64,000 nucleotides of DNA from an uncultured Candidatus Binatia bacterium (GCA_964291295.2 OZ219754.1:3232001-3296000), one strand, 5' to 3'. Numbered from the stretch's first letter, positions 41,719 to 52,134 are shown. Notes: generated by a model from the letters alone, not told the origin. Numbers and translations: made by a program.

Positions 41719-43212
41719 TCATCGGCTGACGGACCATGGGTCGTGGCCGTCGGTGGTCTCGTGCTCCAGGTCACCGTATCGTAGGATCCATTGCCCGCCC
41801 GGATGCTGTCCGGCACCCACCGCAAAGGGGTCGGGATGGCCCACCGCCGCCCAGTCACGGTTGTCGCCGTGCTTCTCCGCCAACTCGATCAGCACGCGAG
41901 CGGCTTCTTTCCGGGCTGTCTCCTCGTCGGGTTGCCAAAAGGAGACTTCCGGAAAACTGGACTCATCGCGGTCTGTGCCTTCCGAATGCCAGAATTGCAG
42001 CATCCATCGAACCGCCTGCGGTACGCGCGCCACCGGCGGCTCCCTCCGCTCGAACCTTTCAAGCACCCCACCCAGATCGACCAGCGGCACCACCTCCACA
42101 TCCCGTCGCAACTGGCGCTGTCCACCACCGTAGACAACCGCCTTCCGAAAGACTTGCGGCAGCATTGCGGACACTCGGTCGATGGCACTGAAGTAGTCGG
42201 CGGCAACCGTCGAACCGGACTTGATCTCGATAACGCCGAGGTCTCCCCCATACTCGCACACCAAGTCGCATTCCAACCCTCGGGTATCGCGGAAGAACGA
42301 CAGGTTGGACTGTTGGCCGCGGTTGAAGCGATGTTTGAGAGCCTCCACGACCGCGGCATTTTCGAACAACGGCCCCCGGAGCGGATGCGTGCCGATCTGG
42401 CCGGCATGCTCGATGCCGATGAGATGGCTCGCCAGCCCCACATCATGGAAGTAGAGCCTGGGTGACCGGACCAGGCGCTTTCGCATGTTGGCGTGAAAGG
42501 GCTGGAGCTGAAAAGTCAGGTAGCTCGCCTCCAGGAGCCTCATCCATTGGCGGGCCGTGGTGTGGGACACCCCGGCATCCGCGCCCAGCGACGACAGATT
42601 GACGAGCTGCCCCACACGTCCGGCGCACAGCCGCACGAAACGCTGAAAGCTGGACAGATTCCGGATATTCCCGATTCTGCGCACATCACGTTCAACGTAG
42701 GTCTCGAAGTAATCCCGAAGCGCCTCCCTGGGTTCGAGTTTCTGATCGTGAATTCGGGGATAGCAGCCAGAGTACAGGATATCGTCGACATCACCGCTCG
42801 CACCCGTCTGGTGACGTTCCTTCAGAGAGAAGGGTAGCAGTCGAAGCAATGCGGTGCGCCCGGCGAGGGATTGGCTGATGGCGTCGGAGAGAGCGAACTG
42901 CTCGCTGCCGGTGAGGACGAAGAGGCTGTTCCGGTGCAGTTCGTCAGCAAGCACCTGCAAGTAGGAAAGGAGTGCCGGAACGCGCTGAACTTCGTCAAGG
43001 ATGGCACCGCCGACAAGTGGCATGAGGAAGCCCTTGGGGTCGGACTCGGCGAATTCCCGTTGTTCGGGGGCTTCGAGGTTGACATACTTGAGACCGGGGA
43101 AAGCTCCGCGGCATAGCGTGGTCTTGCCCGACTGTCGCGGTCCGGTCACGGTGACGAAGGGGTACTGCTCGAACAGCCTGACCAGGCAGGGCGTGATTTC
43201 TCGCTCGATCAT
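41719..43212 (-). CDS. AAA+ ATPase (AAA_14) with DUF4143-type domain and a C-terminal extension
   Basis: GPRQSGKTT, ILDEVQR, LTGS, YVERD, KRLVRSPRLYFHDVG, FEN, ECD...IEIKS. Confidence 0.9.
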   Translation of the reverse strand: MIEREITPCLVRLFEQYPFVTVTGPRQSGKTTLCRGAFPGLKYVNLEAPEQREFAESDPKGFLMPLVGGAILDEVQRVPALLSYLQVLADELHRNSLFVLTGSEQFALSDAISQSLAGRTALLRLLPFSLKERHQTGASGDVDDILYSGCYPRIHDQKLEPREALRDYFETYVERDVRRIGNIRNLSSFQRFVRLCAGRVGQLVNLSSLGADAGVSHTTARQWMRLLEASYLTFQLQPFHANMRKRLVRSPRLYFHDVGLASHLIGIEHAGQIGTHPLRGPLFENAAVVEALKHRFNRGQQSNLSFFRDTRGLECDLVCEYGGDLGVIEIKSGSTVAADYFSAIDRVSAMLPQVFRKAVVYGGGQRQLRRDVEVVPLVDLGGVLERFERREPPVARVPQAVRWMLQFWHSEGTDRDESSFPEVSFWQPDEETARKEAARVLIELAEKHGDNRDWAAVGHPDPFAVGAGQHPGGQWILRYGDLEHETTDGHDPWSVSR

Positions 43213-43816
43213 GGTGCCGAGCATAGCCCTTCAAGTGAAATTTGCAAGTACTACTTTCAATTTGCACGGCCTGTCGAATTTGCGCAGTCTGTCGAGCTTT
43301 TTTGTCTTGTTCTTTGCCTTGATTCCCGGTCATGGCGCGGGACGAGCGGTTCGACGGAATCCGAAGCCTCGTCAACGGCAGTCCGGGTCGCTCCATTGTC
43401 GGACAGCCGCTTCGGGAGTGCCGGCGCGGTCATTCGGCTCGACGATTTCCGAGGTCAAGCGGAGCGCCGAGTGCCGGCGGTGCCACTCCCGCGCATCCGT
43501 TGCCGTGTGCCTGGCCCGACGTTGCGGCATCCGTGGCGGCGGCACCAGGTCTGCGCGTCGGGTGTCTTGCGCCCGCCTTCGCCAGTGCGGTAGTTAACGG
43601 CGAGCGACGTGGCGCCGGAGGGCTGCCGGAGGGCGGGACGCAGCGGCCGAAGTCGACTGGCCTGCGACGGACCTGTCATCCCCGGCGACCCACGGCATGT
43701 CTTCGAGTTCCCGGGGCTCGACGGTGCGCCGGGTGCGCGTGTCCTCGGAACGCAGGCTTGCCCTTTGAACCTGTTTTGCGGATGCGGTTCGAACCACACC
43801 CGGATGGAGGCGGATG

Positions 43817-44947
43817 ATGAAATCCGGAATGCGCTCTCTCGAAGAACTCAAACCCGAGATCCTGCGACGCGCCGGGCACACCAACCCCTTCGAGTGGGTC
43901 AAGCGGGAGGATGTGGAGGAGGTGGTCTCGTGGCTCGAATCCACCGAGGACGACCACTGGGCCGAGGTCTGGGGCCGCATGGGGCAACGCTACGAAGCAT
44001 TGGGCGAGAGACAGGAAAACGCGGGCGAGCCTTGCGGCGATGCCTTCTACCTTGCCTACGACTACTATCGGATAGGCCGCTATCCCGTGGCCTCGACTCC
44101 GGGAAAGAAGGCCTGCTACGAGGCGTCGCGGCGGAACTTCCTGAAGGCGGCCCGACACATGGACCCGCCGGTCGAACGGGTGGATATCCCCTTCGAGGGG
44201 AAGTCGGTGATCTGCTATCTGCAGATTCCGCGCGGCGCGCACCGGCCGCCGGTGGTGCTCCACTGGGGCGGCGTCGACGGCTGGAAGGAGGACCGGCGCA
44301 GACCCAGCCAGGCGTTTCACCGGCGGGGCCTTGCGACCATGACTCTCGACATGCCCGGGGTCGGCGAGAGCCCCGTCCCGGGCTCCGATCCCGAAGCCGA
44401 GCGCACCTTCTCCACAGCCCTCGACTACCTGGAGACGCGGGCCGACGTGGACGGGTCGCGCCTCGGAGTCATGGGCGCCAGCTTCGGCGGATACTGGGCG
44501 GCCAAGGTGGCACACGTGGAAGCGAAGCGGCTCAAGGGCGCGGTGGACTGGGGCGGCGGCGTCCACCTGACATTCCAGGAAGAATGGCTGCGGCCGGCGC
44601 TGACCACCCGGGCCGAACAATACCTCATGGGGCCGGCCAGCCTGCTCGACGCGCGCGGCTACATCTTCCGGACGCGGAACCTCGACGAAATCCTGGAACG
44701 GGCGCCGCGGCTCTCGCTGGTGACCCAGGGGCTCATCGACCAGCCCTGCGCGCCGCTGCTGCTGATCAACGGCAAGCGCGACGACCAGCACCCCATCGAC
44801 GACTTCCATCTGCTGGTGGAGCACGGCGACCCCAAGGATGTCTACATCTTCCCGGACGGAGGGCACATGGGGCGCGTGCCCGGCAAATCCAATGAGCCGG
44901 CGCTCGACGTGGTGGTGCGGTGGCTGCACCGAAAGCTCACGGGATGA
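43817..44947 (+). CDS. Alpha/beta hydrolase, FrsA-like (paralog of 26184..27281)
   Basis: WGGVDGWKED, GASFGG, NGKRD, GGHMG. Confidence 0.88.
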   Translation: MKSGMRSLEELKPEILRRAGHTNPFEWVKREDVEEVVSWLESTEDDHWAEVWGRMGQRYEALGERQENAGEPCGDAFYLAYDYYRIGRYPVASTPGKKACYEASRRNFLKAARHMDPPVERVDIPFEGKSVICYLQIPRGAHRPPVVLHWGGVDGWKEDRRRPSQAFHRRGLATMTLDMPGVGESPVPGSDPEAERTFSTALDYLETRADVDGSRLGVMGASFGGYWAAKVAHVEAKRLKGAVDWGGGVHLTFQEEWLRPALTTRAEQYLMGPASLLDARGYIFRTRNLDEILERAPRLSLVTQGLIDQPCAPLLLINGKRDDQHPIDDFHLLVEHGDPKDVYIFPDGGHMGRVPGKSNEPALDVVVRWLHRKLTG

Positions 44948-45219
44948 GTCGAAACGCGCCGGGGACGCTTGATCGAGTTCCCTCCAGTCTCCGGTGCGGC
45001 CCCGGCGACCGTGGCGCCCTTTCGCCCATCACCAGGATGACGCTGCCAGCCGATGCGGCGGGCGTCGTTTCCGGGGCCTTTCGATCTGCCGTGGCGTCAC
45101 GGCAGCCGGGGGCGGCGAAGCTCCCCGGCGCGCAGGTCCGCCACACGCCCGCCCCCGGGTGGCCCCGAGGAACAGGGACCGGCGCCCATCACGACTCAAG
45201 GAGAGGCTGGAACACGAGG

Positions 45220-46275
45220 ATGCGCGCTTCCATGAAGGCGATCACGATGCGAGAGTTCGGCGGCACGGACGTGCTGTGCATGGAGCAGCTTCCCGTACCC
45301 GCACCCGCGGCGGGCGAGGTGTTGATGGAAGTGCATTCCGTCTCGGTCAATCAGACGCTGGACATCGCGGTACGCCAGGGCAGCTACCGCACCGACCTCC
45401 GATTCCCGCTGGTACTCGGCAGCGATCCCGCGGGGCTCATCGTGGCCACGGGCGAAGGGGTGCCGCAAGCGCGCAGTGGCGAACGCATGGCCGCGGTGGC
45501 CTCCCTGCGCTGCGGCGCTTGCCGCTTCTGCCGTCGGGGCCGGGAAGACTCCTGCTCTTGCAGCCGTCATCTGGGACTGGACCTCCAGGGCGGATACGCC
45601 GAGTATGTGACCGTGCCGGCGGAGAACGTCTTTGCGATTCCGGACAACCTCTCCTTCGCCGAAGCCTCCGTCATCACGCGCCACTTTCCCACCGCCATCA
45701 ATCTGCTGCTCAACCATGCGAAGCTCGAAAAAGGCGAATGGGTGCTGATCATGGGTGCCGCGGGCGCCCTGGGCAGTTGCGGCGTGCAGATCGCCCGTCA
45801 CCAGGGCGGGCGGGTCATCGCCGCCGCCGGCACCGACTCCCGGGCCGAGGCCGCCAAGGATTACGGCGCCGATTTCACCATCAACTACCGGCGGCAGGAT
45901 CTGCAGCGGGAAGTGCTTCGGATCACGGACGGCCACGGCGTTGACGTGCTGTTCGAGAACATTGCCGACCCGACGCTGTGGCCGGGAGCCTTCAACAGCC
46001 TCGCTTTCGCCGGCCGCCTGGTGACCGCCGGCGCCCACGGCGGCGGCATCGTGCCGCTGGACGTGAAGCGGCTCTACCTCAAGCGCATTCGCATCATCGG
46101 GCAGCCCGGTGCCACCCGCAAGGATGTGGAGCTGGCCCTGTGGCTGGCCGGGCAGGGAACGGTCCGGGCGATCATCGACCGGGTGCTGCCGCTGGCGGCA
46201 GTCAGAGAGGCGCACGCGTTGCTGGAGCGGGGCGGCATCATCGGCAAGATCATCCTCGACCCCACCCTTGCCTGA
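45220..46275 (+). CDS. Medium-chain dehydrogenase/reductase (zinc-binding, quinone-oxidoreductase-like)
   Basis: Structural-Zn motif CGACRFC..C, GGYAEY, GAAGALG, GKIIL; GSD in place of catalytic GHE. Confidence 0.88.
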   Translation: MRASMKAITMREFGGTDVLCMEQLPVPAPAAGEVLMEVHSVSVNQTLDIAVRQGSYRTDLRFPLVLGSDPAGLIVATGEGVPQARSGERMAAVASLRCGACRFCRRGREDSCSCSRHLGLDLQGGYAEYVTVPAENVFAIPDNLSFAEASVITRHFPTAINLLLNHAKLEKGEWVLIMGAAGALGSCGVQIARHQGGRVIAAAGTDSRAEAAKDYGADFTINYRRQDLQREVLRITDGHGVDVLFENIADPTLWPGAFNSLAFAGRLVTAGAHGGGIVPLDVKRLYLKRIRIIGQPGATRKDVELALWLAGQGTVRAIIDRVLPLAAVREAHALLERGGIIGKIILDPTLA

Positions 46276-46369
46276 CGCGCGTACCGCCTTGCGCCATTCC
46301 GGCAGTTGGGCTACTCCTCGGACGGCACCGGACCGCATACGTCCGCACCGTTTTTGAGGGAGAGGAACC

Positions 46370-47230
46370 ATGGCACCACTCGTCACCATGCTCGGCATCA
46401 CCCACAACCCCTTCATGCCACGGCTGTTCAAGCAGGCACAGCAGCCGCCAGGAGCGGCCAGGGTGCGGGAACGAATCGCGATGATGCGGGCCACGCTGGC
46501 CCGTCACAAGCCCGACGTGCTCATTACCATCGGCAACGACCATCTGCACCAGTTCTTCATGGACAACATGCCGGCCTTCATGATTGGCAAGATGGACCGC
46601 TTTCACGGCACCTTTCATGACGAGGTGCGGGAGTTCGGTCTGCCGGAGTGCGACCTGCCCGGCGACCTGGAATTCTGCAACCGGCTGCTGGAAGGGGCGT
46701 TCGACCGAGGCGTGGACTTCGCCTGGTCCAGCGAACTCACCGTCGATCACTCCATCGTGGTCCCCATGCTGTTCGTCAGGCCGGAGATGGACATCCCCAT
46801 CGTCCCCATCCTGACCAACTGCATCGCGCCGCCGCTTCCCACCGCCCGGCGCTTCCACGAGGTGGGGCAGGCCATCCGCGCGGTCATCGACGGGCTCCCT
46901 GGCGGCAAGCGCGTGGGCGTCCTCGTCAGCGGCCACCTGTCGCTGGAAGTGGGCGGACCGAAGCAGTTCGAACGCCAACGGACCGACCCGGATTTCGACG
47001 CGCGGGCGGTGGGGTGGATCACCACCGGCGACATCGACGCGGCGGCGCGGGACTGCACCGTCGAGAAGATGATCCCGTCCGGCAACATGACGCTGGGGTT
47101 TCTCAACTTCCTCATGGCCATGGGGGTGGCCCGGGGAGCGCCTCCCGCCCACGCGGAAGGGCTCGACGCGGGATTCCCGGCGGTGCCGTTCTTCGCCTGG
47201 GAACGGGACGACGAAGGAGCGGGCCTGTGA
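46370..47230 (+). CDS. LigB-fold (class III extradiol dioxygenase) beta-subunit-like protein
   Basis: THNP, GNDHLHQFF.DNMP.F, VDHSIVVP, IVPILTN. Confidence 0.82.
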   Translation: MAPLVTMLGITHNPFMPRLFKQAQQPPGAARVRERIAMMRATLARHKPDVLITIGNDHLHQFFMDNMPAFMIGKMDRFHGTFHDEVREFGLPECDLPGDLEFCNRLLEGAFDRGVDFAWSSELTVDHSIVVPMLFVRPEMDIPIVPILTNCIAPPLPTARRFHEVGQAIRAVIDGLPGGKRVGVLVSGHLSLEVGGPKQFERQRTDPDFDARAVGWITTGDIDAAARDCTVEKMIPSGNMTLGFLNFLMAMGVARGAPPAHAEGLDAGFPAVPFFAWERDDEGAGL

Positions 47231-47538
47231 GCAGGTATCTGGTGAACAAGTTCATGCACGTGGTGAACATGAACGGGGCCGCGGAAGAAGCCTACGTGGA
47301 GAATCCGCCGGGGTTCGTGGCCCGATGGGAAAAGGGCGAGCGGCTTGCGTTCACCCCGGAAGAGCGACGCGCGCTGGAGCAGCGCGACTATGGCAGCCTG
47401 TACGCCATGGGCGCACACCCTTTCCTTCTGTGGAGCTTCACCGAGGCGGTCTGGCGCAGGGAGATGGACCGGGAGGAGCTGGTGAAAGACTACAAGGCCA
47501 AGGCCATGGCGGCGGGCTACCCGGATTTCGAGACCTGA
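47227..47538 (+). CDS. LigA-like small alpha subunit
   Basis: GTG overlaps upstream stop; SRYLVNKF...TPEERRAL..RDYG.LY.MGAHPFLL. Confidence 0.75.
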   Translation: MSRYLVNKFMHVVNMNGAAEEAYVENPPGFVARWEKGERLAFTPEERRALEQRDYGSLYAMGAHPFLLWSFTEAVWRREMDREELVKDYKAKAMAAGYPDFET

Positions 47539-47563
47539 ACGCCGCCCGAAGGCCGGCGCCCGC

Positions 47564-47821
47564 TCAACCCTTTCGTCCGAGCCAGTTGGACCACGACAGC
47601 CACGGGAACCGTTGCCGGTACCGCCGCACCAGCTCCCTGCCGCCGAGGGCGGCGCCGAGCCAGAAGATCACCTGGCCGACAAAGTAGACTCCGGCCGCCA
47701 CCAGGAGCCGGTTGTACTCCGTATCCAGAAAGGGCAGCAGCAGGATGACGGCGGTCCAGGCCCAGGAACCGACCATCAACCCCACCGCGGTCTTCTCGAA
47801 GAACGTCATGTGGTCGAGCAT
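47564..47821 (-). CDS. Small two-TM protein (transporter-suffix-domain-like)
   Basis: Two hydrophobic helices then GQVIFWLGAALGGRELVRRYR. Confidence 0.6.
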   Translation of the reverse strand: MLDHMTFFEKTAVGLMVGSWAWTAVILLLPFLDTEYNRLLVAAGVYFVGQVIFWLGAALGGRELVRRYRQRFPWLSWSNWLGRKG

Positions 47822-47930
47822 CGCACCGGTGCGCCGCCTCACGTGACCCGGCACCGGGCGGAGACCGCCCCCGGCTGCAAGCTGTCTTGAATCGGAACGA
47901 TGCCGCGGGTGGCGGGTGGTCGCCACCGCG

Positions 47931-50006
47931 CTAACGGTGTCTGACGATCCTGACATCCACCGCCGCCACCCCCGCACCCGCTTCCCTGACAATCAGCGGA
48001 TTGACCTCCAGATCGCTCAGGTGGGCTCGATGCGCGGCGAAAAGACCGGACAGACCGGTAATGGCCCGGACCAGCGCCTCGAAATCCCGAGGCTTCTGCC
48101 CGCGAACGCCCTCCAGGATCTGGCCGCCTTTCAGCTCCCGAAGCATGGCGCGCGCGTCCTCGGTGGTGACCGGAACGAGACGCAGCGCCACGTCCTTGAG
48201 CACCTCCACGAAGATGCCGCCCAGGCCCACCATCACGAAGGGGCCGTACTGCGCATCGACCCGGGCGCCGAGGATGATCTCGGTACCGCACACCATCTCC
48301 TGCACCCGCAGCCTGGCCCCTTCCGGCCCCCGGGCCAAAAACTCCGCGCCGGCCTGCTCGACGCGATCGGCCGAATCCAGTCCCAGCACCACGCCGCCGA
48401 CTTCGGTCTTGTGCACCACCGCCGCCGACTCAAGCTTCAGCACCACCGGGAAACCCATGGCGCCGGCCCTGGCGGCCGCCTCCGCCGGCGTGTCGACCAC
48501 CGCCTCCACCGGCGGCGTCAGGCCGCAATCAGCCAGCCGGCGCTGCCACGCGGCCCCTTCCAACTCCTCCGGCCTGCCGTCGGCCGCGGGCACCTCCGGA
48601 ATGCCCACTCGCCGCCGATGACCATAACCGCCCAGTCCATTGAGCGCCCGCAGCGTGGCCTTGATGCCCTGCAGGTGGGGAATTTCCGACGCCTCCTGGA
48701 ACACCCGGCTCTCGTCCATCAGGCTGTAGGTGGAGCGCGCGTGGGCGACGATGGGCTTGTCGATGCTCCGGGAGATCTTCCGGAGCAGTTCGGGATTGCG
48801 CTTTTCGCCGAAACGCGGCAGTTCGCCGTGAATGGCCAGCAGGTCCACGCCGTCGTCCTCGGCGTGGATGCGCACGATCTCGGCGAACGTGTTTTCGTTG
48901 CCGAAGCCGGCCACGCCGCACTCCAGCGGGTTCTCCACCACGAGGTCCTGGGGAATGAGAGGGCGCAGCTTGCGGTTGGAGGCGTCGCTCAGGGTTGCCA
49001 GCTCGATGCCCACCTCCTCGATGTGATCCAGCAGAATCCCCTTCATGCCCCCGGAGTTCACCACGATGGCCGCGCGCCCGCCCCGGGGACGCCGTCCCGG
49101 CAGGAACGCCAGCGTCATCTCGGTGAGATCCTCCAGGCTGTGGCAGCGCACCATGCCGTAACGGTCGCAGGCTGCCGAGAAGACCGCATCGTCGCCCGCC
49201 AGGGAGCCGGTGTGTGAAATGGCCTGGCGTTTCCCCAGCTCCGAGCGCCCAAGCTTCACGACGATGACGGGCTTGTCCCTCTCCAGGGCCCGAGCCGCCG
49301 TCTCCAGGAATATTTTCGGGCGCCGGATGCCTTCCGCCATGAGCACGATGATCCGGGTCTCGTCATCGTCAATCAGGAAGGACAGGTAGTCTACCAAGTC
49401 CAGGCTCACCTCATTGCCGCTGGAGATGGCGTAGCTGAAACCGATGCCGCGCTCCGCCGCGCCCTTCATCCAGTTGCCGAGGGACCCGCCGCTCTGGAAC
49501 ACCGCGGCCACCGGGCCGGGTTTGAGCAACGGCTGGCGCTGCGCGTAGGTCATCATGCCCCGGGTCACCGACGCGGCGCCCATGCAGTTGGGACCGCAAC
49601 AGACGATGCCGCTCTCCGCGCAGAACTCGGCCAGATCGCGACCGCGCTGGTGGCTTTCGGGATCGGTCCCCTCGCCGAAGCCCGCACTGTAGATGGTGGC
49701 CGCCTTGACCCCCAGCGGCGCGGCCTGCCGGAGGGTCGGGATCACCGCCCGGGTCGGCACCAGCATCAGCAGGTGCTCGGGCGCTTCCGGGAGCGCCTCC
49801 AGGCTCGGATAGCACGGCGCGTCCCACAACTCCTGATAGTTGGGATTGATCAGAAAGACGTTGCCGGAAAAGTTCGCCTGCTTGAGGCCGTGGAAGAGCA
49901 GGCTGGGCCAGTTGCCCTTCGGCGAAGCGCCGACCATGGCCAGGCTCCTGGCATGCAGCAGGTCGGCCGCCGGAAGAAGAGTGGTTCTTTCGTTGGTTTC
50001 GATCAT
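47931..50006 (-). CDS. ADP-forming acyl-CoA synthetase (acetate--CoA ligase family, fused subunits)
   Basis: VGAS, GPNCMG, QSGG, SHTGSLAG, NPLE, HKTEVGGV, EVNPL. Confidence 0.92.
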   Translation of the reverse strand: MIETNERTTLLPAADLLHARSLAMVGASPKGNWPSLLFHGLKQANFSGNVFLINPNYQELWDAPCYPSLEALPEAPEHLLMLVPTRAVIPTLRQAAPLGVKAATIYSAGFGEGTDPESHQRGRDLAEFCAESGIVCCGPNCMGAASVTRGMMTYAQRQPLLKPGPVAAVFQSGGSLGNWMKGAAERGIGFSYAISSGNEVSLDLVDYLSFLIDDDETRIIVLMAEGIRRPKIFLETAARALERDKPVIVVKLGRSELGKRQAISHTGSLAGDDAVFSAACDRYGMVRCHSLEDLTEMTLAFLPGRRPRGGRAAIVVNSGGMKGILLDHIEEVGIELATLSDASNRKLRPLIPQDLVVENPLECGVAGFGNENTFAEIVRIHAEDDGVDLLAIHGELPRFGEKRNPELLRKISRSIDKPIVAHARSTYSLMDESRVFQEASEIPHLQGIKATLRALNGLGGYGHRRRVGIPEVPAADGRPEELEGAAWQRRLADCGLTPPVEAVVDTPAEAAARAGAMGFPVVLKLESAAVVHKTEVGGVVLGLDSADRVEQAGAEFLARGPEGARLRVQEMVCGTEIILGARVDAQYGPFVMVGLGGIFVEVLKDVALRLVPVTTEDARAMLRELKGGQILEGVRGQKPRDFEALVRAITGLSGLFAAHRAHLSDLEVNPLIVREAGAGVAAVDVRIVRHR

Positions 50007-50017
50007 GTCTCCTCTTT

Positions 50018-50536
50018 CTAGAACAACTCGATACCCAGGAAACGGAACAGCTCACCCTCGTACCACGAGGCATGAATCACCTGGTCGAACACGCCGTACA
50101 GAAAGGCGGTGACGCAGGCGGCAAGGCCCAGGGAGAGGAGCCATCCTTCGTTCGACCCCACCTTCAGATAGAAAAAGACGAACAGCGGCAGCGCGATGAG
50201 CTGGCCCAGCAGCCATGTGCCGGCGAAGATGCCGGCGAGCCAGGCGCAGATGATGAAGGTTCGCTTGAGGGCCTGGCCGCTGCGAAGGTTCACGTCGAGA
50301 TAGAGATCCGCGGCGCCCGCGGCGTCCTCCGAGGCCTTCGCGTCCCCTCCCCGAATCCCGGTCCAGAGCGAGAGGATCACCGCCATGACGCAGCCGGCAA
50401 CGCCGATGAGCGTGGGGAACAGGGATGTCTTCGCCGGCCACTCCCGGGCTGTCACCACACCGGCGGCGAAGAGCACCGCCAAGGCGAGTATGAAAAGGCT
50501 CTCGACGTAGTGCTCGCGGATCCTTGATGGCCTCAT
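50018..50536 (-). CDS. tctB: Tripartite tricarboxylate transporter small membrane subunit TctB
   Basis: About 5 TM helices, LFP motif; follows tctA. Confidence 0.75.
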   Translation of the reverse strand: MRPSRIREHYVESLFILALAVLFAAGVVTAREWPAKTSLFPTLIGVAGCVMAVILSLWTGIRGGDAKASEDAAGAADLYLDVNLRSGQALKRTFIICAWLAGIFAGTWLLGQLIALPLFVFFYLKVGSNEGWLLSLGLAACVTAFLYGVFDQVIHASWYEGELFRFLGIELF

Positions 50537-50579
50537 GGCATGCCTCCACGGGCTCCCGGCGGACGGCGCATGCCGCAGC

Positions 50580-52046
50580 CTACCGGCGCACCTGGGCTCG
50601 CGCCGCATAAAAGAGCGTCGCCAGGATCAGCAGGATCAGGACGACGGAGATGGGCCGCTGCCACAGCCAGACCCAGCCGTAGCGGCTGACGCTGATGTCG
50701 AGGTAGCGTTCCATGATGGGCCCCAGGACGAGCCCCAACGCGATGGGCGGCCTCGGCCAGCCCCACCGCTTCATGATGTAGCCCAACGCCCCCAGGCCCA
50801 TCAGCACGAGCCAGTCGCCGAGCTCCTGCGTGGCCATCCAGGAGCCCATGAACACCAGCACGAGAATCACCGGTATCAGCACGCTGCCGCGTATGGTGGT
50901 GATCCTGGCCAACTGGTTCGTGAAACCCATCAACAGGAGGGCGGTCAGGATGTTGGCGATGACCAGCGCCCAGATCACCGAGAAGGTGACGTCGAGTTTC
51001 GTGCTGAGAAGCTCGGGACCCGGGTAGATGCCGTGAATCAGGAAAGCGCCCAGCAGGATGGCCATGGTGGCGCTGCCGGGAATGCCGAAGGCGATGGTGG
51101 GGATCAGCGAGCCGCCCTTCATGGCGTTGTTGGCGCTCTCCGGCGCGATGACGCCGCGGATCTCGCCCTTGCCGAACTCCGCCTTGGGATCCTTGTTGGA
51201 CTGCACCGCGTGGCCGTAGGCCACCCAGTCGACGATGCTGGCTCCAAGACCGGGAATGAAACCGATGTAGGCGCCGATGAACGCGCACCGGAGCGCCAGC
51301 CACCAGTTCCGGAAGGCATCGCGAACTCCGGCCCCAAGACCCTTGCCCATCTCCGGCACTTCCGACAGCGTGCCCCTGCGCACCGCCAGCTCCACCACCT
51401 CGGGAAGCGAGAACAGTCCCAGCACACACGGCACGATGGGCAGCCCCTCCAGCAGGTAGGGCGTTCCGAACCAGAAGCGCGGGATGCCGTCCTGGGGCGA
51501 ATAGCCGATCATGGAGAGCTGCAACGCCAGCAGCCCCACGAGGATGCCCTTGGCCGGCGCATTGCCGCTCAGGGCGCCCACCATGGCCATGCCCAGGACA
51601 CCCAGGAGGAAAAATTCCGGAGCGCCGAAGGAAAGCACCAGGGGGCTCAGGATCGGAATCGAGCAGATCAGCAGGACGGCGCCCACCACGCCGCCGAAGC
51701 CCGACACCGTGTAGGCGGCACCGAACGCCCGCGCCGCTTCGCCCTTCTTCGCCAGGGGGTAGCCATCCATGATGGTGGCTTGGGAACCGGCGGTGCCGGG
51801 AACGCCAAGGAGCACCGAAGAGATGGTGTCGGAGGTGGAGGTGATGGCGTACATGCCCATGAGCAGCGCCATGGCCTCGTAGGGTTGAAGATCGAACGTG
51901 AACGGCAGCAGGATGGCCATCCCGGAGAGGCCGGAGAGGCCGGGGACCATGCCGAAGAAGACCCCCAGGATGATGCCCAGCAGCAGATAGCCGAACGCCG
52001 GCCAAGCGAGGATACCCAGAAGTCCCAGGTGGGCGGCTTCAAACAT
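50580..52046 (-). CDS. tctA: Tripartite tricarboxylate transporter TctA
   Basis: GMVPGL, VPGT, DGYPLAKKG, IAPESANNA, FGIPGS, PGP. Confidence 0.94.
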   Translation of the reverse strand: MFEAAHLGLLGILAWPAFGYLLLGIILGVFFGMVPGLSGLSGMAILLPFTFDLQPYEAMALLMGMYAITSTSDTISSVLLGVPGTAGSQATIMDGYPLAKKGEAARAFGAAYTVSGFGGVVGAVLLICSIPILSPLVLSFGAPEFFLLGVLGMAMVGALSGNAPAKGILVGLLALQLSMIGYSPQDGIPRFWFGTPYLLEGLPIVPCVLGLFSLPEVVELAVRRGTLSEVPEMGKGLGAGVRDAFRNWWLALRCAFIGAYIGFIPGLGASIVDWVAYGHAVQSNKDPKAEFGKGEIRGVIAPESANNAMKGGSLIPTIAFGIPGSATMAILLGAFLIHGIYPGPELLSTKLDVTFSVIWALVIANILTALLLMGFTNQLARITTIRGSVLIPVILVLVFMGSWMATQELGDWLVLMGLGALGYIMKRWGWPRPPIALGLVLGPIMERYLDISVSRYGWVWLWQRPISVVLILLILATLFYAARAQVRR

Positions 52047-52134
52047 TGCGGTCAGGGTTGAGGCCCGTTGGAGAGAGCCCGTTGCCGGCCAGCCCGGCGG
52101 GCGGGAGACCGGCAACGGGAATTCGGCGGCGGCC

